64,000 nucleotides of DNA. Source: Micavibrio sp. (lineage in GTDB: Bacteria > Patescibacteriota > Minisyncoccia > Moranbacterales > GCA-2747515). Below, in pieces: positions 1 to 10,248 of this stretch. Position 1 is the stretch's first letter, and every line of letters starts with the position of its first letter. The DNA lies in NCBI GenBank assembly GCA_020718085.1, contig DYDB01000001.1, forward strand, positions 218,891-282,890, in the 5' to 3' direction. The notes under the pieces were generated by a model. That model ran no database searches, had not been told where the DNA came from, and saw only the letters and a program-made list of their open reading frames with translations. A program made the translations under genes and the position numbers.

Positions 1-264
1 GGGGTTTATTTGTGCGGATGGTGCGATGGTCTCGTTTTTTTCATTTGAAAGAGCTTCTTTATCTGCGACAATATTTTCTGTGGCGGGCATGGGAAGATCT
101 TGATCCGAGGTTTGTGATTGTGTGGGTGATGCCTGATTATAAATGACGATCGGAGTAAATGCGTCAGAACGATTGATAAAACGAAAAAATACAATTGCAA
201 TGACGACAAAAAGACAGAGCAATGTAATGCTGACAGCTAAGGATAAAATCCATTTTTCTTTCAT
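1..264 (-). CDS. Partial membrane-anchored hypothetical protein (runs off the window start)
   Basis: Manual translation from ATG 264 gives MKEKWILSLAVSITLLCLFVVIAIVFF..., open to base 1, with an N-terminal hydrophobic helix. Confidence 0.65.
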   Translation of the reverse strand, partial: MKEKWILSLAVSITLLCLFVVIAIVFFRFINRSDAFTPIVIYNQASPTQSQTSDQDLPMPATENIVADKEALSNEKNETIAPSAQINP

Positions 265-319
265 AAGTGTATTATACAATAAAAAACAGAGCATACATAT
301 CTATAAATAAATAATTTTG

Positions 320-370
320 GTCTTTACGCCTGTCCGCCTCTGGTGGAAGGAGCGTTGTGACGAAGCAATG
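320..370 (+). repeat. REP-like GTCnTTrCG...GAAGCAAT element with a nested 19-bp CCTGTCCGCCTCTGGTGGA insert (329-347)
   Basis: Comparison with the uninterrupted copy at 28487. Confidence 0.7.
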
Positions 371-456
371 GGTAGTCGATAAATTTGCAGTGGTTTCAAG
401 GTTTACATTTTTGACCAAGATGTGTCATGATGGAATTGTTATAGTTGATATATTTT

Positions 457-975
457 ATGACAGTGAGCACAGACAAAAAGATTGTTATCGTACATGATAA
501 AATGCAAGACAATTATTCCTATCGGCTCACAGAGTCCATGGGTCGCAATTTTGATCCTGCATTTCAACCGGAACTCACACCAGAACAGATGCTTGCTTTG
601 GGAGTATTTGGTGGAAAATACATGACGGATTGTCGGGATGAGTTTCCTGCAAGTTGGTTTGCGCATGCAAAATTGTGTAGTGTAGAACATGATCCAATGC
701 TAAATTATTTTGGGGTAAATGCATCTCAACCGCTATCCGTGTGGCGCGCAAAAGGATGGATCTATCATGAAGATCCAAGAGGATGGTTCCAGTGGTATTG
801 TCGCTATTATATGGGACGGCGATCTGATGATGATGCGCGGCAAATTCGCAGATGGAGAGCGATGAAGCGACATGTGGCACAACTGATAAACGGTTGTCAG
901 AAGGGAGATTTTCTCTGTCGCACCAAACAACGTCAAGCGCTTTTGCATTGGGCATACGACAGTCGAAAAATGTGA
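457..975 (+). CDS. Conserved hypothetical protein (DPRGWFQWYCRYY motif)
   Basis: ORF with conserved-looking motifs LTPEQMLALGVFGGKY, GWFQWYCRYY and RQALLHWAYD. Confidence 0.8.
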   Translation: MTVSTDKKIVIVHDKMQDNYSYRLTESMGRNFDPAFQPELTPEQMLALGVFGGKYMTDCRDEFPASWFAHAKLCSVEHDPMLNYFGVNASQPLSVWRAKGWIYHEDPRGWFQWYCRYYMGRRSDDDARQIRRWRAMKRHVAQLINGCQKGDFLCRTKQRQALLHWAYDSRKM

Positions 976-1103
976 TAAATATTTGACAAATTATAAAAAA
1001 TACGTTAAATTTCTAAGTTGCAGATTGGGTCTGTAACGGAGGTTGTTCGTTGAAAATTTGGCCAAATTTTCAAATTCTGTCAAAAGAAAAAGGAGTTGAG
1101 ATC

Positions 1104-2681
1104 ATGAACATGAGCACAGCGGCAACGGCAGTAAAGGTCACGGAGGAACATGTGCAAGCTTTACGAGAGGGCACTGCAACAATTGAGACTGTTATGGAAA
1201 TGGGTGGCGTAGCGAATCTGGAAGAGCAGATCTCGCAGTTGACCATGGAAAAAACGGCGGAGTATTTCACGCGACGTACCGCATTGGAAGCGAGAATCCG
1301 CGAATTGACGGATCTCGATAATCAGGAAGGACTAGCAATGGCAAAGGCCGACCTGGAGTCAGTAGAGGTCGAGATTGCCAAGCGTGCAGAAAATGTTGGT
1401 ATGATCTTGTCTCAGATTGCTCAGAAGCTTGGGTATTTCAAGGATCTCGGAACAAAGCTGCTTGAGGATTCCCCTGAGGATGTTGCGAAACGGCAAGCGG
1501 CACTGGATGCCGTACAGGCAATCCGTGATCAAATTGCTAAAGCACAGGAACGTGCTGCAGCGGCTGAAACGGATAGAGCCACCGCTGAAACGAGCAAAAC
1601 AAATGCAGAAGCCGATCTGAAAAAAGCACAAGGCTCGTGGAATCTTTTAACCAAGGGCGGAAAGATCAATACTGCCAGAGCGGCAATTCAGTCGGCACAA
1701 CGGATCATCGATGCCAAACAAAGTGTCATCGATAATATGCCGGATGCCATTGCTGACCTCAACGAACAGTTTGAGACAGCACAGACCAACATCGTCTCCG
1801 TTGAGGAGCAAATCAAGGTTGATAAGGAGCATCGGATCCAGACATTGAGCCTTGATTCACTTTATGCAACCTTGACGGAGTGGGAGAGTAAGGTCTTTAA
1901 GATCATCGAAGCAGACATTGATGCAAATCAAGTCTGTATTGGTGACTCTGAAACAGCGCTTAAAGAATCTCGTGAGTTTGGTATTGCCGAAACTCGACGA
2001 CTCAAGGGCATTGAGGAGAGTATTGCAACTCTTGAAGTCGAGCTCGACGAGAAGCAGGCGGCATTGAAAGGCATTCTCGATCATGAGAGTGAAGAGTATT
2101 TCAAAGCTCGTGATGCGGCAAAAGACTGTGCAATGCGCCTTGATGAGCTTAACAAAGAATCTACGATCGTTCGTGGAAATCTGAGCAAGGCTGAGGTCAA
2201 GATCGCGGAACACGAGGCATCGCTGATGGCAATGAAAGCTGATCTGCAGTTACAGAAACGCAATTATAACGACTTTGCACTGGATGCCGAAGCGGCACGT
2301 AGCGTGGGTAACGCAATCGCCCAATTGATCAAAAATCAAACGGGAAAAACGGTCAGTGACTCATTGTCCAGAAGCAGAGATGCTATGACATTGACAGTAG
2401 TTGATGTATCGCTGCAAAATGCAACTGCAACAGTGAGGAGTCTTGCGGATCGTGCTGAGCGTGGTGTAACCTTGCTTGATAAGATCCAAAAGAAGCAAGT
2501 TGAAGGAGATGCGAACATTGCACTTCAGGAAGAACGGCTTGCCAAGGCTGAAGATCAATATCGGAAACAGTATGGTGGTGAGCAGGTTTTCCCCTCTTCA
2601 TCAGAACATGCTGCTCCAATAGAAACGATAGCGCCGGAAAAAAAACCGGCTGAAAGTGGTGGAAAAAGAACATTATTCTGA
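1104..2681 (+). CDS. Long coiled-coil protein, first gene of the AAA cluster
   Basis: A/E/K/L/Q-rich helical sequence; SD AAGGAG before ATG 1104; TTGACA at 983. Confidence 0.85.
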   Translation: MNMSTAATAVKVTEEHVQALREGTATIETVMEMGGVANLEEQISQLTMEKTAEYFTRRTALEARIRELTDLDNQEGLAMAKADLESVEVEIAKRAENVGMILSQIAQKLGYFKDLGTKLLEDSPEDVAKRQAALDAVQAIRDQIAKAQERAAAAETDRATAETSKTNAEADLKKAQGSWNLLTKGGKINTARAAIQSAQRIIDAKQSVIDNMPDAIADLNEQFETAQTNIVSVEEQIKVDKEHRIQTLSLDSLYATLTEWESKVFKIIEADIDANQVCIGDSETALKESREFGIAETRRLKGIEESIATLEVELDEKQAALKGILDHESEEYFKARDAAKDCAMRLDELNKESTIVRGNLSKAEVKIAEHEASLMAMKADLQLQKRNYNDFALDAEAARSVGNAIAQLIKNQTGKTVSDSLSRSRDAMTLTVVDVSLQNATATVRSLADRAERGVTLLDKIQKKQVEGDANIALQEERLAKAEDQYRKQYGGEQVFPSSSEHAAPIETIAPEKKPAESGGKRTLF

Positions 2682-2750
2682 TCCATCGCGTCCATCATGA
2701 GCGGCAGTCAATATTTGGCTGCCGCTCAATTGCTAGAAAGGAGTTTTTCC

Positions 2751-3785
2751 ATGAGAGAATTGATGATCACAGATCCAGAAAAATTGCATGCATACATGAG
2801 ATGTATGCATCAATCGATTGATGCGTGGGAAGATTCCTTGAAAAAACGCAATGGAGTTGACTGGCTATCATTCGATGAGATTCAGGTATGGCTTAAAAGA
2901 GTTCGTGTAACATTGGAGATCATGGAAAATGTCTATATCTTTGATGAGAAGCGATCTCTGATCGTAGAAACGTTGGGGTCAGGATTTCCAAAGAGACAAC
3001 ACTTTGATCATATCAATTTTACCAAAAGAACTGCGCGTTATGATAAAGGGCGCATACAAACGGTAAAGAGATCGTTTTTGAACGAGTTGTTCTCAAATGG
3101 CAATCAAATGCCGTCATTGGATCGTATCGCACGCTCACTGGCTTTTGATCTCCTTTTTCAAAATGAAGTTCTCGAAGCATTCCATTTTTCTGGAATTGAG
3201 AGAATCACAAACAATAATACGAGAGAGGATGCATTTGTATGTTCATGGGAACGCATCTCTGATGGCGTGCCTGTGAAGTACGTTATGTTATTTGACGTAT
3301 CGGATGGTTGGTCAATTCGAGAGCAAGATATGAATGAATTAGTGCTCATGTTACGTGAAAGGACGCTCTTTTTGGCACCAATGGAAAGAATTGCCAGAAG
3401 CATTGATGTGGCACATACTATGATCCATCCGAAATGGGTTGGACGCATCATACTTGGCCCTGTATTTATATCAGGCGTCACGTGTGATGATCATGCATTG
3501 CAATCAGCGCTGAACATTATTTCTTCCGAAGATATGATGAAAAGCGCATCGCGGATCATATACGAATACGTGATCTCGGAAAAAGAAGCTCCCGTTGATG
3601 GCGTGCATGATCAAAAGGGCAGGCTTCATACCACCATGCAGAAGTATGTTGTGCGATATGAACAGGAGCATTATCAGCGTGGTGTCACACATCTGGAAAA
3701 AATTCTTTTTGCAGAACATGACATTATACAAAAATTGGAGCCAGATTTTTTAAGAGAAATTGGCCATACGATATATGGTCATTGA
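2751..3785 (+). CDS. Hypothetical protein in the AAA cluster
   Basis: ORF with SD AAGGAG; closely coupled to the downstream ATPase. Confidence 0.85.
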   Translation: MRELMITDPEKLHAYMRCMHQSIDAWEDSLKKRNGVDWLSFDEIQVWLKRVRVTLEIMENVYIFDEKRSLIVETLGSGFPKRQHFDHINFTKRTARYDKGRIQTVKRSFLNELFSNGNQMPSLDRIARSLAFDLLFQNEVLEAFHFSGIERITNNNTREDAFVCSWERISDGVPVKYVMLFDVSDGWSIREQDMNELVLMLRERTLFLAPMERIARSIDVAHTMIHPKWVGRIILGPVFISGVTCDDHALQSALNIISSEDMMKSASRIIYEYVISEKEAPVDGVHDQKGRLHTTMQKYVVRYEQEHYQRGVTHLEKILFAEHDIIQKLEPDFLREIGHTIYGH

Positions 3786-3799
3786 CGGAGGAGATGAAG

Positions 3800-5713
3800 A
3801 TGAATAGCAAGTCACTGAACGCAGTTCCAATTACCCAAAAGGATCTGCGTGAAAAAATGTCAGGTGCCAAGGCTCTAATCAGATCGGCAAAATGGGAGAT
3901 CACGCCGACGGTAAATAAAAATGATCCGAATTACCATCAAAAAATGCTACGCAAACAGGAAGTTGAGGTGAGTATTCGTGGTTTGATAGAAAGGATCAAT
4001 GTTGAAGATGATCTTCTCAATGAAAGGCAGAATCACGTCATTCGTACTATTCGTGAAGCGTTGCAGTTGGCATTGCATGTTGCTGGCGACTACAGCAAAA
4101 GAGCGGGTGTGCCTGCGGTTATGCCAAAAGGTGCAACTTCTTTGCAAAAAACAGAGATCAAAGAAAAGGAGCAGACAGCAGCGGTTATCGCTTTGTTTGT
4201 CATGTGTCGATATATTATATGGAATTTGACCACGGACATCGGTAACAATTCTTTCCTTGCAACGGTCAGTCCTGAATTTACAGATCTTGATCTTTCAGGT
4301 GTGAATCAATCATTGATCTGCGGGACATTCTTTCTGGGAAGATCACTGGAAAAAGAGATGCAGGGAGATGATGCAAGGCTCATCGCGATTGTCTACAAGT
4401 ATGCAGATAGCTTGCAGCGTGACATGATCGATCGCACAATGTCTCTAAAGCACGGCGTGCCATTTACGGACATTTCGTATCAACTGGAAGAAACAGAATT
4501 TACCATTTCAGGTTTTGATACGATGCTGTCAAATGGGGAACGTATACAGGTCAGTGAAGTATATCCTGACCAGGTAATCGGCAATTCAAATGCGGTGGAT
4601 GGAACAGAAGATGGGATGAAAAAATTATTTCTGTATGATCCAATCGCACGTGAAAATCCCATCGGTGCTTTTGGCGGATTCCAAACTGTTAGATTGTATT
4701 CTGGCAGTCCAGGTAATGGTAAGACGCTTGTCCTTTCTGTGGCTCGAACGCTCGGAAGAGACTATGCGGAAGAATCAGGGCTGCCGTATCGAGATCTTGT
4801 TGTGCCAAATCTCGTGTCAAAAATGCAGGGTGAATCGTCGGATCTGGCAATTGAATTTTTAAGGAAATTGTTCGATCCAAACACGATCAATCTCGGCATC
4901 GGCGATGAATTTGAAGCAGTACTACCAGATCATGGAGGTGAACATATTTCAGAAGGTGACAAAAAAGTTGCAGTAGAATTTCTGAAAATGTTCAGTGGCG
5001 TCAGCAGTGTAGAACTTTATAACAAATTGTTCTTAGCTGCGACGAACTATCCGGAAAGTGTGGATCCAGCATTTATGAGCCGTATTAAGGTGCGGTATCA
5101 TGTTGTAGGAGCTGAGACCATCGATGATTACATCAGATTCATCATCTTGAATTTGAAGAAGGTCAACAAACAGCATCCAGGTCTGATCAATCTCAAAAAA
5201 GTAGATTGGGATCGAGACCTCCGAGGATCGCGTATACCAAATAGCTCAGTTATCAATGTTAATCCACTGGCAACAGTGCAAGACATTTATGATCAAGCGA
5301 TTGATATGTACGATCCCGATGACATCCGGTTTTTAGCGCATTTTTTCTATATGATGAAACTTCGCGAAGGAAAGTTCTCATTACGAGATTGTGCAAATAT
5401 CATTGATGCTGTGAAGGCAAGGATTGCTGGGTTTGATGTGCCAATGGAATTTATCAAAGCCAGTGGAGAATATCAGAATGGGAGCATTGAGGACAAACGA
5501 GGACTCATATCCGAGATCGCCTTCGGCCATGTCAAAAAGAGTGGCATTGACGTAGCAGCCCTTTTGGCACAAAATGCTCTGGAATATTCTGGAGAAGCAC
5601 TACGCATGGCAGAGACCAAGCGAGAACGTGATGCCGAGGCAATGGCAGAACAAATGGTTGTAAGTGAGCTTGCTCGGCAAAAGTTCAATAAAAAAATGGG
5701 TATGTCGTCATAA
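3800..5713 (+). CDS. Classic-clade AAA+ ATPase
   Basis: Walker A GSPGNGKT, Walker B GIGDEFE, sensor-1/SRH AATNYPESVDPAFMSRI. Confidence 0.9.
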   Translation: MNSKSLNAVPITQKDLREKMSGAKALIRSAKWEITPTVNKNDPNYHQKMLRKQEVEVSIRGLIERINVEDDLLNERQNHVIRTIREALQLALHVAGDYSKRAGVPAVMPKGATSLQKTEIKEKEQTAAVIALFVMCRYIIWNLTTDIGNNSFLATVSPEFTDLDLSGVNQSLICGTFFLGRSLEKEMQGDDARLIAIVYKYADSLQRDMIDRTMSLKHGVPFTDISYQLEETEFTISGFDTMLSNGERIQVSEVYPDQVIGNSNAVDGTEDGMKKLFLYDPIARENPIGAFGGFQTVRLYSGSPGNGKTLVLSVARTLGRDYAEESGLPYRDLVVPNLVSKMQGESSDLAIEFLRKLFDPNTINLGIGDEFEAVLPDHGGEHISEGDKKVAVEFLKMFSGVSSVELYNKLFLAATNYPESVDPAFMSRIKVRYHVVGAETIDDYIRFIILNLKKVNKQHPGLINLKKVDWDRDLRGSRIPNSSVINVNPLATVQDIYDQAIDMYDPDDIRFLAHFFYMMKLREGKFSLRDCANIIDAVKARIAGFDVPMEFIKASGEYQNGSIEDKRGLISEIAFGHVKKSGIDVAALLAQNALEYSGEALRMAETKRERDAEAMAEQMVVSELARQKFNKKMGMSS

Positions 5714-5731
5714 TATGTGATACATCCATAT

Positions 5732-5766
5732 AAATGCGATAAGGAACATTTCCTTATCGCATTTTT
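5732..5766 (+). terminator. Intrinsic terminator
   Basis: AAATGCGATAAGGAA/TTCCTTATCGCATTT stem plus T tract, followed directly by a TTGACA-17-TACTAT promoter. Confidence 0.8.
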
Positions 5767-5876
5767 AATTTGACAAATGATCTTATGTATAGTACTATGA
5801 GCAGTTGATATTTAAAAAAATATCATAATATTACATGTTATTTAACACTGTCACCATATAACGAGGGGATTAAAAG

Positions 5877-7118
5877 ATGCAAGAACTTATAGATGCTGGT
5901 CTGTATGGAAAGGGACTCATCTGCATTGATGACGCAGAACTTATTAGAAGATATAATGCATGTCTGGAGATGATTGGAGTGAAAAAAGTACGGCGAAAAA
6001 GAATTTGTATTGATCGCATGGGATGGAGTCCTGATGTTGCTGCGACGCTTGGTAATAATTTTTACTTGTCGAGAGGAGAGGCAAATCCATTCGCTATTAT
6101 CATCACGCCAAAACAAAAGTATGCGCCGATCTACTTTCCATGTCATTCGTTTGATTGGGAGCTCATGCATCAGTGGTTTGTGATATATGAACAAGAAGTT
6201 TCTGAGATCACAAAATATACTGGCATCTTGCTGGACATAGATCAGGAGGTTAATGCTTATGAAGATGAGAGAGATCTGATTATGGTTGATCATGTGATCG
6301 TTCGTGTGAGCACACCTGGTAGTTTAATAGAAGAAGCGCGATCACAAAAAGTGCTTGTGGAACGTTTTATGCAAGAAAGAAAGATCATCGAGATCCAACA
6401 TATTGCACGTGATCTCATGGTATCGCGTGCAAAGATTGGTGATATGCGCAATCAAAAAGTCTTCATTGACGATCTGCGTTTTGAGGGTTTATGTGTATAT
6501 TATACCAGAGCGTTTGGAGGCACATTTGTGCTTTGCCAAAATGGTGAACATGCATCCGATGAGTACTTTATTCTCAATAAGAGCATTGCTCGTAGTTCAT
6601 CTGGAATTAACTCAGTGATTGATAAGAATATTTTATCAAAGCTGGAATCTTTTCATTTGATCGATCTGGGAGTCACATTTTGGATCGATAATGTAACTTG
6701 TTTGGAATTAATAAGAGATTCCTTTTTGATGGAGTATTTAGACAAGTATGATCCTGATCTCAATTTTGTTGAGCTGAGCCCCGCACTCAAAAAGGGCATG
6801 ATCGCTGAGATTTCATCAGAATTGCCGATCGAATATCACGAGCTTGATATCTTGATACGGTCTATTCGTAGCAATCGTAGTCCGGCTAACATTCCTGACA
6901 TTATAAGACCATTTCTCATGTATCCGCGGAGGGAATTGTCGATCGTTACTATTGAAGTGATCTGGCATATCCTCACTCTGGTGTGTGATGGAAGAAATGT
7001 GCTCATGCTCTATCTGTATGATAAAGATAGTTTCATGCAAATGTTTGGAACGTGGAAAACTCCCCGTAAAACATGGGCGATAAAGGTCATCCAAAAATAT
7101 CATGTAAATCGGTTATAA
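5877..7118 (+). CDS. Conserved hypothetical protein (resembles DUF6638-type proteins found beside AAA ATPases)
   Basis: N-terminus MQELIDAGL...LIRRYNACL...IDRMGWSP; family name recalled from memory, not searched. Confidence 0.7.
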   Translation: MQELIDAGLYGKGLICIDDAELIRRYNACLEMIGVKKVRRKRICIDRMGWSPDVAATLGNNFYLSRGEANPFAIIITPKQKYAPIYFPCHSFDWELMHQWFVIYEQEVSEITKYTGILLDIDQEVNAYEDERDLIMVDHVIVRVSTPGSLIEEARSQKVLVERFMQERKIIEIQHIARDLMVSRAKIGDMRNQKVFIDDLRFEGLCVYYTRAFGGTFVLCQNGEHASDEYFILNKSIARSSSGINSVIDKNILSKLESFHLIDLGVTFWIDNVTCLELIRDSFLMEYLDKYDPDLNFVELSPALKKGMIAEISSELPIEYHELDILIRSIRSNRSPANIPDIIRPFLMYPRRELSIVTIEVIWHILTLVCDGRNVLMLYLYDKDSFMQMFGTWKTPRKTWAIKVIQKYHVNRL

Positions 7119-7274
7119 AGATCGAAAAGCAAGCATGTGCCCCAACAGGGACCATGCTTGTTTTCATTTGACCGATTTTTGATATTATGGTAGAGTTATA
7201 TGATTTGTAAATTTGGAAATGAAATATGAGGCAAATCAAAACAGTTATTTAACATTACATGGAGGGTGGTCTGT

Positions 7275-7787
7275 ATGGTCAAATACGAGATGATCGGGGC
7301 AAGTATACTTCTTGTTTTGGGTATATTAATACTTGTGCCAGCTATTCAGAAAAATGTAGCACGACTAATCGGTAGTTTTATGCCGCGTCAGTGGCTTTCT
7401 TATGCAGGTGTCATATTCATCGTGACATGGATCTACGTTGTGGTTCCGCGACTCAATTTTGTTTTGGGACTGACATTCATATCTCTTTCGCTTGTCATGA
7501 TCTTTGCCGTACCGAATAATCCGCAGATCAGAGCATGGGTCAGTGAGATGTTCTTCACAGGAAATGACATTTTTGATGTAAATGCGCCGTATGCGGATGT
7601 TGTGGATCTTTTCAGGTGGCCACTATTCGGATTGGGCGTATATATTGTTTGTCAACAAATGCTCATTGTGTTGGATCTCATGCCTATTGCATTTGCATTG
7701 TATGTGTGGCGCAAGCGTGTGAAAAAAGCAGAGATCAAAATGCAACAAAGCAATTCAGGTGAAATGCAGTCAATGTATAATATTTGA
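7275..7787 (+). CDS. Multi-pass membrane protein
   Basis: Four to five hydrophobic segments; SD GGAGG. Confidence 0.8.
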   Translation: MVKYEMIGASILLVLGILILVPAIQKNVARLIGSFMPRQWLSYAGVIFIVTWIYVVVPRLNFVLGLTFISLSLVMIFAVPNNPQIRAWVSEMFFTGNDIFDVNAPYADVVDLFRWPLFGLGVYIVCQQMLIVLDLMPIAFALYVWRKRVKKAEIKMQQSNSGEMQSMYNI

Positions 7788-7831
7788 TTTGGTCGTAACA
7801 CACAAAAAATCAGAACTGAAAAAAGGAGGAA

Positions 7832-8371
7832 GTGATGCACAAGCTGACGTTCATTTTAGGACTCGTTGCAATCGTGATCGGTCTCGGAGCTATGATAGCG
7901 AAAAACAAGAAGGATGGACTGACGTTCCTGGCCGATAAGTTTGGTGATGGATGGGAATCCAGTCTTGCCGGCATTTGGCTGGGATGGCGACTGGTGGCAT
8001 TGGGTATGGTATGCTTGATGTTCTCCTGGCAACATCTGACTCTTGGGAGCTTGTTCTCAGGAGGTCATCTCGTCGGCACACTATCAATATTAGCCGGCAT
8101 CATTTTCATTATGATGCGACACAATCCTTCTGGTCTTGTATGGTTCGAAAAGTATTTCGGCGCAGGCTGGCGGACAAATATTTTTGCCAGGTTTTTTGAC
8201 TGGCCGCTCCTAGCAGCTGGAATTGCCATGTGGTTTCCCGACAAGGATTGGTACGATGTTCTGAAACTATTTGGATTCTTTATTGCGTTTTGGTTGTGGA
8301 CCATGTTTGGAGGCAAGCGAGCTTCCAAGAGCACTGGTGTACCGCCAGCCACGGATAAACAGCAAGCGTAG
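7832..8371 (+). CDS. Multi-pass membrane protein
   Basis: About five hydrophobic segments; SD AGGAGG. Confidence 0.8.
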   Translation: MMHKLTFILGLVAIVIGLGAMIAKNKKDGLTFLADKFGDGWESSLAGIWLGWRLVALGMVCLMFSWQHLTLGSLFSGGHLVGTLSILAGIIFIMMRHNPSGLVWFEKYFGAGWRTNIFARFFDWPLLAAGIAMWFPDKDWYDVLKLFGFFIAFWLWTMFGGKRASKSTGVPPATDKQQA

Positions 8372-8393
8372 CAACGCTTTTGCGTGAACGATG

Positions 8394-8426
8394 AAGGGCT
8401 CGAGAGTAATATTCTCGAGCCCTTTT
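8394..8426 (+). terminator. Intrinsic terminator
   Basis: AAGGGCTCGAGA/TCTCGAGCCCTT plus T tract; TTGACA follows at 8431. Confidence 0.8.
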
Positions 8427-8528
8427 ACATTTGACAAATTGTGTAAAAGTTGATATTGTGAAACGTTGTTCGTTACAAATTTAGAACAGGTTGTTCACTC
8501 ACATATCACTCAGACAATGGAGGTTGTC

Positions 8529-9746
8529 ATGGCAGAACTGAATGAAGAAATGGTAGAAGAGAGAAGAAGTGCGTTTGGGCATGTGCTCGACGAAATTGTG
8601 AGCATTTTCAATGCGGAAAAGCGTCAAAATGTCAAAGATCAACGTAAAGATGAGAAGATCGTCAAAAAGATCCTGTATTTTTTATGGGATTATCTGATCG
8701 CCGGTCCGTTGTATGGTTTCTTTTGTGCTGTTGTTTCAATTGGTAAAGCATCGTGGGATGCGGGGTCGTCGTATAATAGTTATGTCAAACAGGTGATCGC
8801 TCGCAAGGAAAAGCCACTCGTGCATTATCTGATGTATGCTGCGTATGTGCTATGGCCCGTTGCGTTGTTTATTATTCCAATAGGCATTTGTGTTATCACC
8901 ATAACTCTACTTGTTGTGGTGGATCAAGTTGTCTACCCGGAATTTCCGATCAATCCAAAATTTGACCAAAAATCAAATGCGGAACTGTCTTTGGATCGCA
9001 AAAGCGCACTGCTATTTGAGGCAGCGACTCATCAAATGAACAAAGAAATGCAGTCACTTACCGGTTGGACGCCGAATGACTTGTCTTGGATGCCGACGAA
9101 GTGGTTTGATAATAAACTGAATCGTCAAATAGGCGTGCGAAACGCAACGCGATTGTTGACTGCTGCGATGTCTGTAAAATTTACAAATCTCGGACATGGT
9201 ACGAAAGAAAATGATGATACGCGAGAAGGTAGCGCAAATCTCAGCTCACCAGAGAACAAATGGAACATGGGCTTTGGTGATACGGAAGTTAATTTCATTG
9301 ATGGGCTTAACCTCTTGCAAAAGTATATTACAGAGGCAAATGCGGCGAATGGAAAAAAAATGTCCAACATTAATCCACCTGATCTGCTTGATATCATGAA
9401 TGTGATTATTTATGATGTTCTGCGAGAACCCCTGGGACGATTGCAGGAACAGGAAAAGCCTCTTACGTTTAGTGAATTGGATGACGAAGTGTATTATGCA
9501 CAAGGTACGGCAATTGTAGTGCGTGATGTGCTTGTGGCACTGCGGTCTACATTTCCGAGTATCATGGTCAAAGGAGAGTCAGAGAATCTCAATATGGCAA
9601 TCGAAAAATTAAGCAAGATGGCTGATGATAATCCGTATTGCGTATATTCGATCATGGAATTGGGAGATACACGTGCGATCTTTGCAACGTTTTACAACAG
9701 CGCAATGGAGCAGTTGAAAGTTGTCGCAAGTTCCATCAAAGTGTGA
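8529..9746 (+). CDS. Membrane-anchored protein resembling DUF2333
   Basis: Two N-terminal TM segments; motifs GWTPND..WFDN...QIG and DDEVYYAQG recalled as DUF2333-like. Confidence 0.7.
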   Translation: MAELNEEMVEERRSAFGHVLDEIVSIFNAEKRQNVKDQRKDEKIVKKILYFLWDYLIAGPLYGFFCAVVSIGKASWDAGSSYNSYVKQVIARKEKPLVHYLMYAAYVLWPVALFIIPIGICVITITLLVVVDQVVYPEFPINPKFDQKSNAELSLDRKSALLFEAATHQMNKEMQSLTGWTPNDLSWMPTKWFDNKLNRQIGVRNATRLLTAAMSVKFTNLGHGTKENDDTREGSANLSSPENKWNMGFGDTEVNFIDGLNLLQKYITEANAANGKKMSNINPPDLLDIMNVIIYDVLREPLGRLQEQEKPLTFSELDDEVYYAQGTAIVVRDVLVALRSTFPSIMVKGESENLNMAIEKLSKMADDNPYCVYSIMELGDTRAIFATFYNSAMEQLKVVASSIKV

Positions 9747-9755
9747 GGAAAGACT

Positions 9756-10220
9756 ATGGAGCATATGACTGCTGAAGTACAAAAAATTGCGCACGCGCTC
9801 ATGGCATTGATCGATGGCGTTCGATGGACCGTTACACATATCGGCATTGAGAGGTATGTGGAAAACGGTCCGCAGTGGGTGCGTTTGGAAGTCGCGCTCG
9901 GTGATCAAAGGCATAAGTATCTGATTGCACGCAAGGAAATGGTTAGGGCATGGATTGCTTTGGATCAACGCGGAGAATCAATTGTTGAGGGTATGCAAAC
10001 ATTTGTCGATGGTCATGAATGGATACCTGTCGAGACGAATATCGTGCAGATCGATGGTGTACGGTGTGTACAATTGACCTTGCAGACCACGGATGCGATA
10101 ACTCGTCAAACAGTTATCATTGATCATCATGGTCTCGTGGATGCGTATTACGCACTACGAACTGGCATAGAGCTTCTTTCAGATGCACAAGAGGCAATGG
10201 GCTATCTTACCAGCTTTTAA
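9756..10220 (+). CDS. Hypothetical protein
   Basis: ORF coupled to the upstream gene; SD GAGGA. Confidence 0.7.
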   Translation: MEHMTAEVQKIAHALMALIDGVRWTVTHIGIERYVENGPQWVRLEVALGDQRHKYLIARKEMVRAWIALDQRGESIVEGMQTFVDGHEWIPVETNIVQIDGVRCVQLTLQTTDAITRQTVIIDHHGLVDAYYALRTGIELLSDAQEAMGYLTSF

Positions 10221-10248
10221 TCAAAAAACAGACAAGAGGAGGAAAGTG

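Noticed and set aside
6-209. 67-aa minus-strand ORF from the track
   Set aside because: A different frame starting at ATG 264 gives a more plausible membrane-anchored protein.
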